Shown here one piece after another: positions 43,304 through 45,147 of a stretch of DNA of 45,147 bases (its first letter is position 1; each line of letters opens with the position of its first letter). The notes beneath the pieces were generated by a model. The model made no database searches, was not told the origin of the DNA, and saw nothing but the letters and a program-made list of their open reading frames with translations. Origin of the DNA: Bigelowiella natans CCMP2755 (taxonomy: Eukaryota > Protista > Cercozoa). The position numbers and the translations under genes are program-made. The stretch covers positions 1-45,147 of the forward strand of contig ADNK01002100.1 of NCBI GenBank assembly GCA_000320545.1. Reading direction: 5' to 3'.

Positions 43304-45147
43304 TCATCGCTTTCGGAACTTCACCAACCACCAGGTAATAGATTCCTCTCTAACCTTATCTCCTTTGTCGCTTACCCAGAACTCACCTTCGTCCTTAGGT
43401 TCGTGTCCATACCAGCCCTCTGCATCAAGGTCCCCCAGGACCTTATACCAGTGCTCAAAGGGTAAGTCGGGAACAGCTAGGTAGAGTAGCTGATATTTTC
43501 CGTCCTTTATTTTCATAGCTACCCTCTCCATATTTCGTAATCCAGGGTAGCCTAGATAGACAATCTTCATGCGCCAATCGTCGTTCACCCTGACCTTATT
43601 GTTTCCATATTCCACATCGAACTTAGGTCGGGGTCCTAAACAAGGCATTGCTCGCTCCCACACAGTAGGGTTTACTTTAACATCCTCTAGGAGCTTCTCA
43701 CCGATATCATAATTCTTTAGGTGACTGATGTGGCGCAAGGTGACCCTGTTCCCATCATAGATGTAGTACTGCTTCCTCCCCTTCCTCTCGGTAACCTTTG
43801 CAACGCCACCCCAGAAGGGGTCTTGTTTATTTCTCGATCTCAGATTTACCTTGGCCCTAACATACTGTCCTTCCTTTAGAACTCGGCCATCGTACGGGAC
43901 CTTCTCGTCTTCGCTCTCGGTATCGTCGTCGTTGTCGTCGCCTTCTTCCCTCTCCTTATCCTTGATACCTCCCCCAGACGTGAAGGTGTCGTTTACTAAC
44001 CCTTGTATCTTGTCTGGTGTGGTGCTATTTATCCTGCTTAGGTTGGCCAAGGTGCGGTGGAGTCGCTCTACCTTGGAGTTGGACTGGGCATAGTATACAG
44101 GTGAGGCATCAATATTAGGGTGTGGTAGCTGTAGAAGAGAGGTCTCATTATCCACATGTAACTTCTTTGGTATCTTGTTTATGCTAACTTCATCAGGGAT
44201 AGCCTGGAGCTCAGACTCCCAGGTACGGTAGCAGTTAGTAAGCCTCTGCTTATATAAGCCTTTGTTCTTCTTAGCAACGTTGACCTTGATAATCTTTTTA
44301 ACCCAGCACTTTCCAGTGGCCACATCAACGAAGGTAAGGTAGTGATAGCCATCGTACTTATAAACATCAATTTGCACGATATCTAAGAAGTTCCTTGCTT
44401 TGATTTTCTTAGATGCACGGCTCTTGCTGGACTCCTTGGTGGCGACGCCTGCCGCCTTCAAGCTGGAGCACCTGCAGCCACGCAGGTATGTCCTTATCTC
44501 TTTTAGCTTGTAGGGCCAGTAGTAATGGTAGAGTAGAGCAGTGATATGGTTTTCTCCTACGTGTGCAGGTCCATGGGCGGTAAAGAGAAGGGCTCCCCTG
44601 GTCCGCCGTGGCACGTAGGTACGCCTAACATTATTAGTGTATACATATATCCTATCACTAAGTACCTCATGCTTGTGTTTGTATTTATCCAGGTGTTCTT
44701 GAAGGTGCTGGAGCTCCTCTGGCTCAGGCAGGAAGTCGCCGTCCTCGAAGGTAATCGCGTTAACCATAGGGGTGACCTGGGTAGGGACTTTCTTTTCGAA
44801 CAGCCTGCTGAAATAGTCAGCAAGCTGCTTGTCTCCTGGTGCGTAGACCACTGTCCTCTTGTCCCTAAACTCTTCCGTGTCCGCCCTCATAGCTGCATAC
44901 TCATCGTTAGGCGCTTCGAGCTTGCGGTCGATGCCTAGGAGGGGCTTGTGGTCAGTCATTAAAGTGAAGCTGGGCACCGACAGCAGTAGTATCTTAGTTT
45001 CCTCTGCGCCTCAGTCATGGCTTTATACTCTCCTTTTGTAGGGCTGTACTTGGCCTCAGCTGCTGTGCAGGCCCTGCCCCACACCCGTATGATCTGCTGG
45101 TCTTGGGTAAGTACAGCAGCCATACCTAGCTAGACCAGTCTGTCCAT
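43304..45147 (-). CDS. Partial Pol (RNase H C-terminal part, integrase, MTase-like tail) of second copy; two 1-bp deletions near the window end
   Basis: ORF 43304-44977 matches the last ~556 aa of the first copy. Relative to copy 1: tactactgctg vs tactacctgctg (~44986) and tctagct vs tctaagct (~45131). Confidence 0.85.

Larger units (their letters stand above)
42927..45147 (-). mobile_element. Second copy of the same Ty3/Gypsy element (3' LTR + integrase/RNase H), truncated by the window end
   Basis: Reverse complement of ~26741-28963; the integrase translation is identical. Flank agga (42923-42926) is the predicted 4-bp TSD. Confidence 0.97.

Noticed and set aside
1-45147. tRNA/rRNA genes
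   Set aside because: No cloverleaf or rRNA-conserved segment was recognised by eye; only the PBS is tRNA-complementary.

Overview
Eukaryotic nuclear DNA, intron-rich and gene-dense. Three genes appear to carry bipartite signal+transit presequences, which suggests an alga with a complex plastid, possibly a chlorarachniophyte (inference only). About nine spliced host genes were reconstructed by hand: a Hsp110-type chaperone with microsatellite-filled introns, a tyrosine-kinase-type gene apparently fused to a dynein microtubule-binding domain and LRRs, a plastid ClpF-like adaptor, a multipass membrane protein, an S10 serine carboxypeptidase, a DUF3593/DUF2499 (Ycf49-like) fusion, an acidic-tailed small protein, a SPATA7-like basic protein and an SH2-SAM protein. 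There are two near-identical young Ty3/Gypsy LTR retrotransposons: one complete at 23248-28963 (+) and one partial at 42927-45147 (-). Two signals stand out. (1) Intergenic/repeat islands are almost stripped of the TpA dinucleotide (one TA in about 1.37 kb at 28964-30339). Surviving TAs are mostly in CTAG, and paralogous repeats differ by TA/TG/CA swaps. This looks like a mirror image of fungal RIP acting A:T->G:C at TpA. (2) The retrotransposon integrase has an unusual D(27)E core and ends in a degenerate Dam/DIRS-type N6-adenine methyltransferase-like domain where a chromodomain would usually sit, and both copies lie beside TA-eroded DNA. All counts and alignments were done by eye; exon boundaries are approximate.
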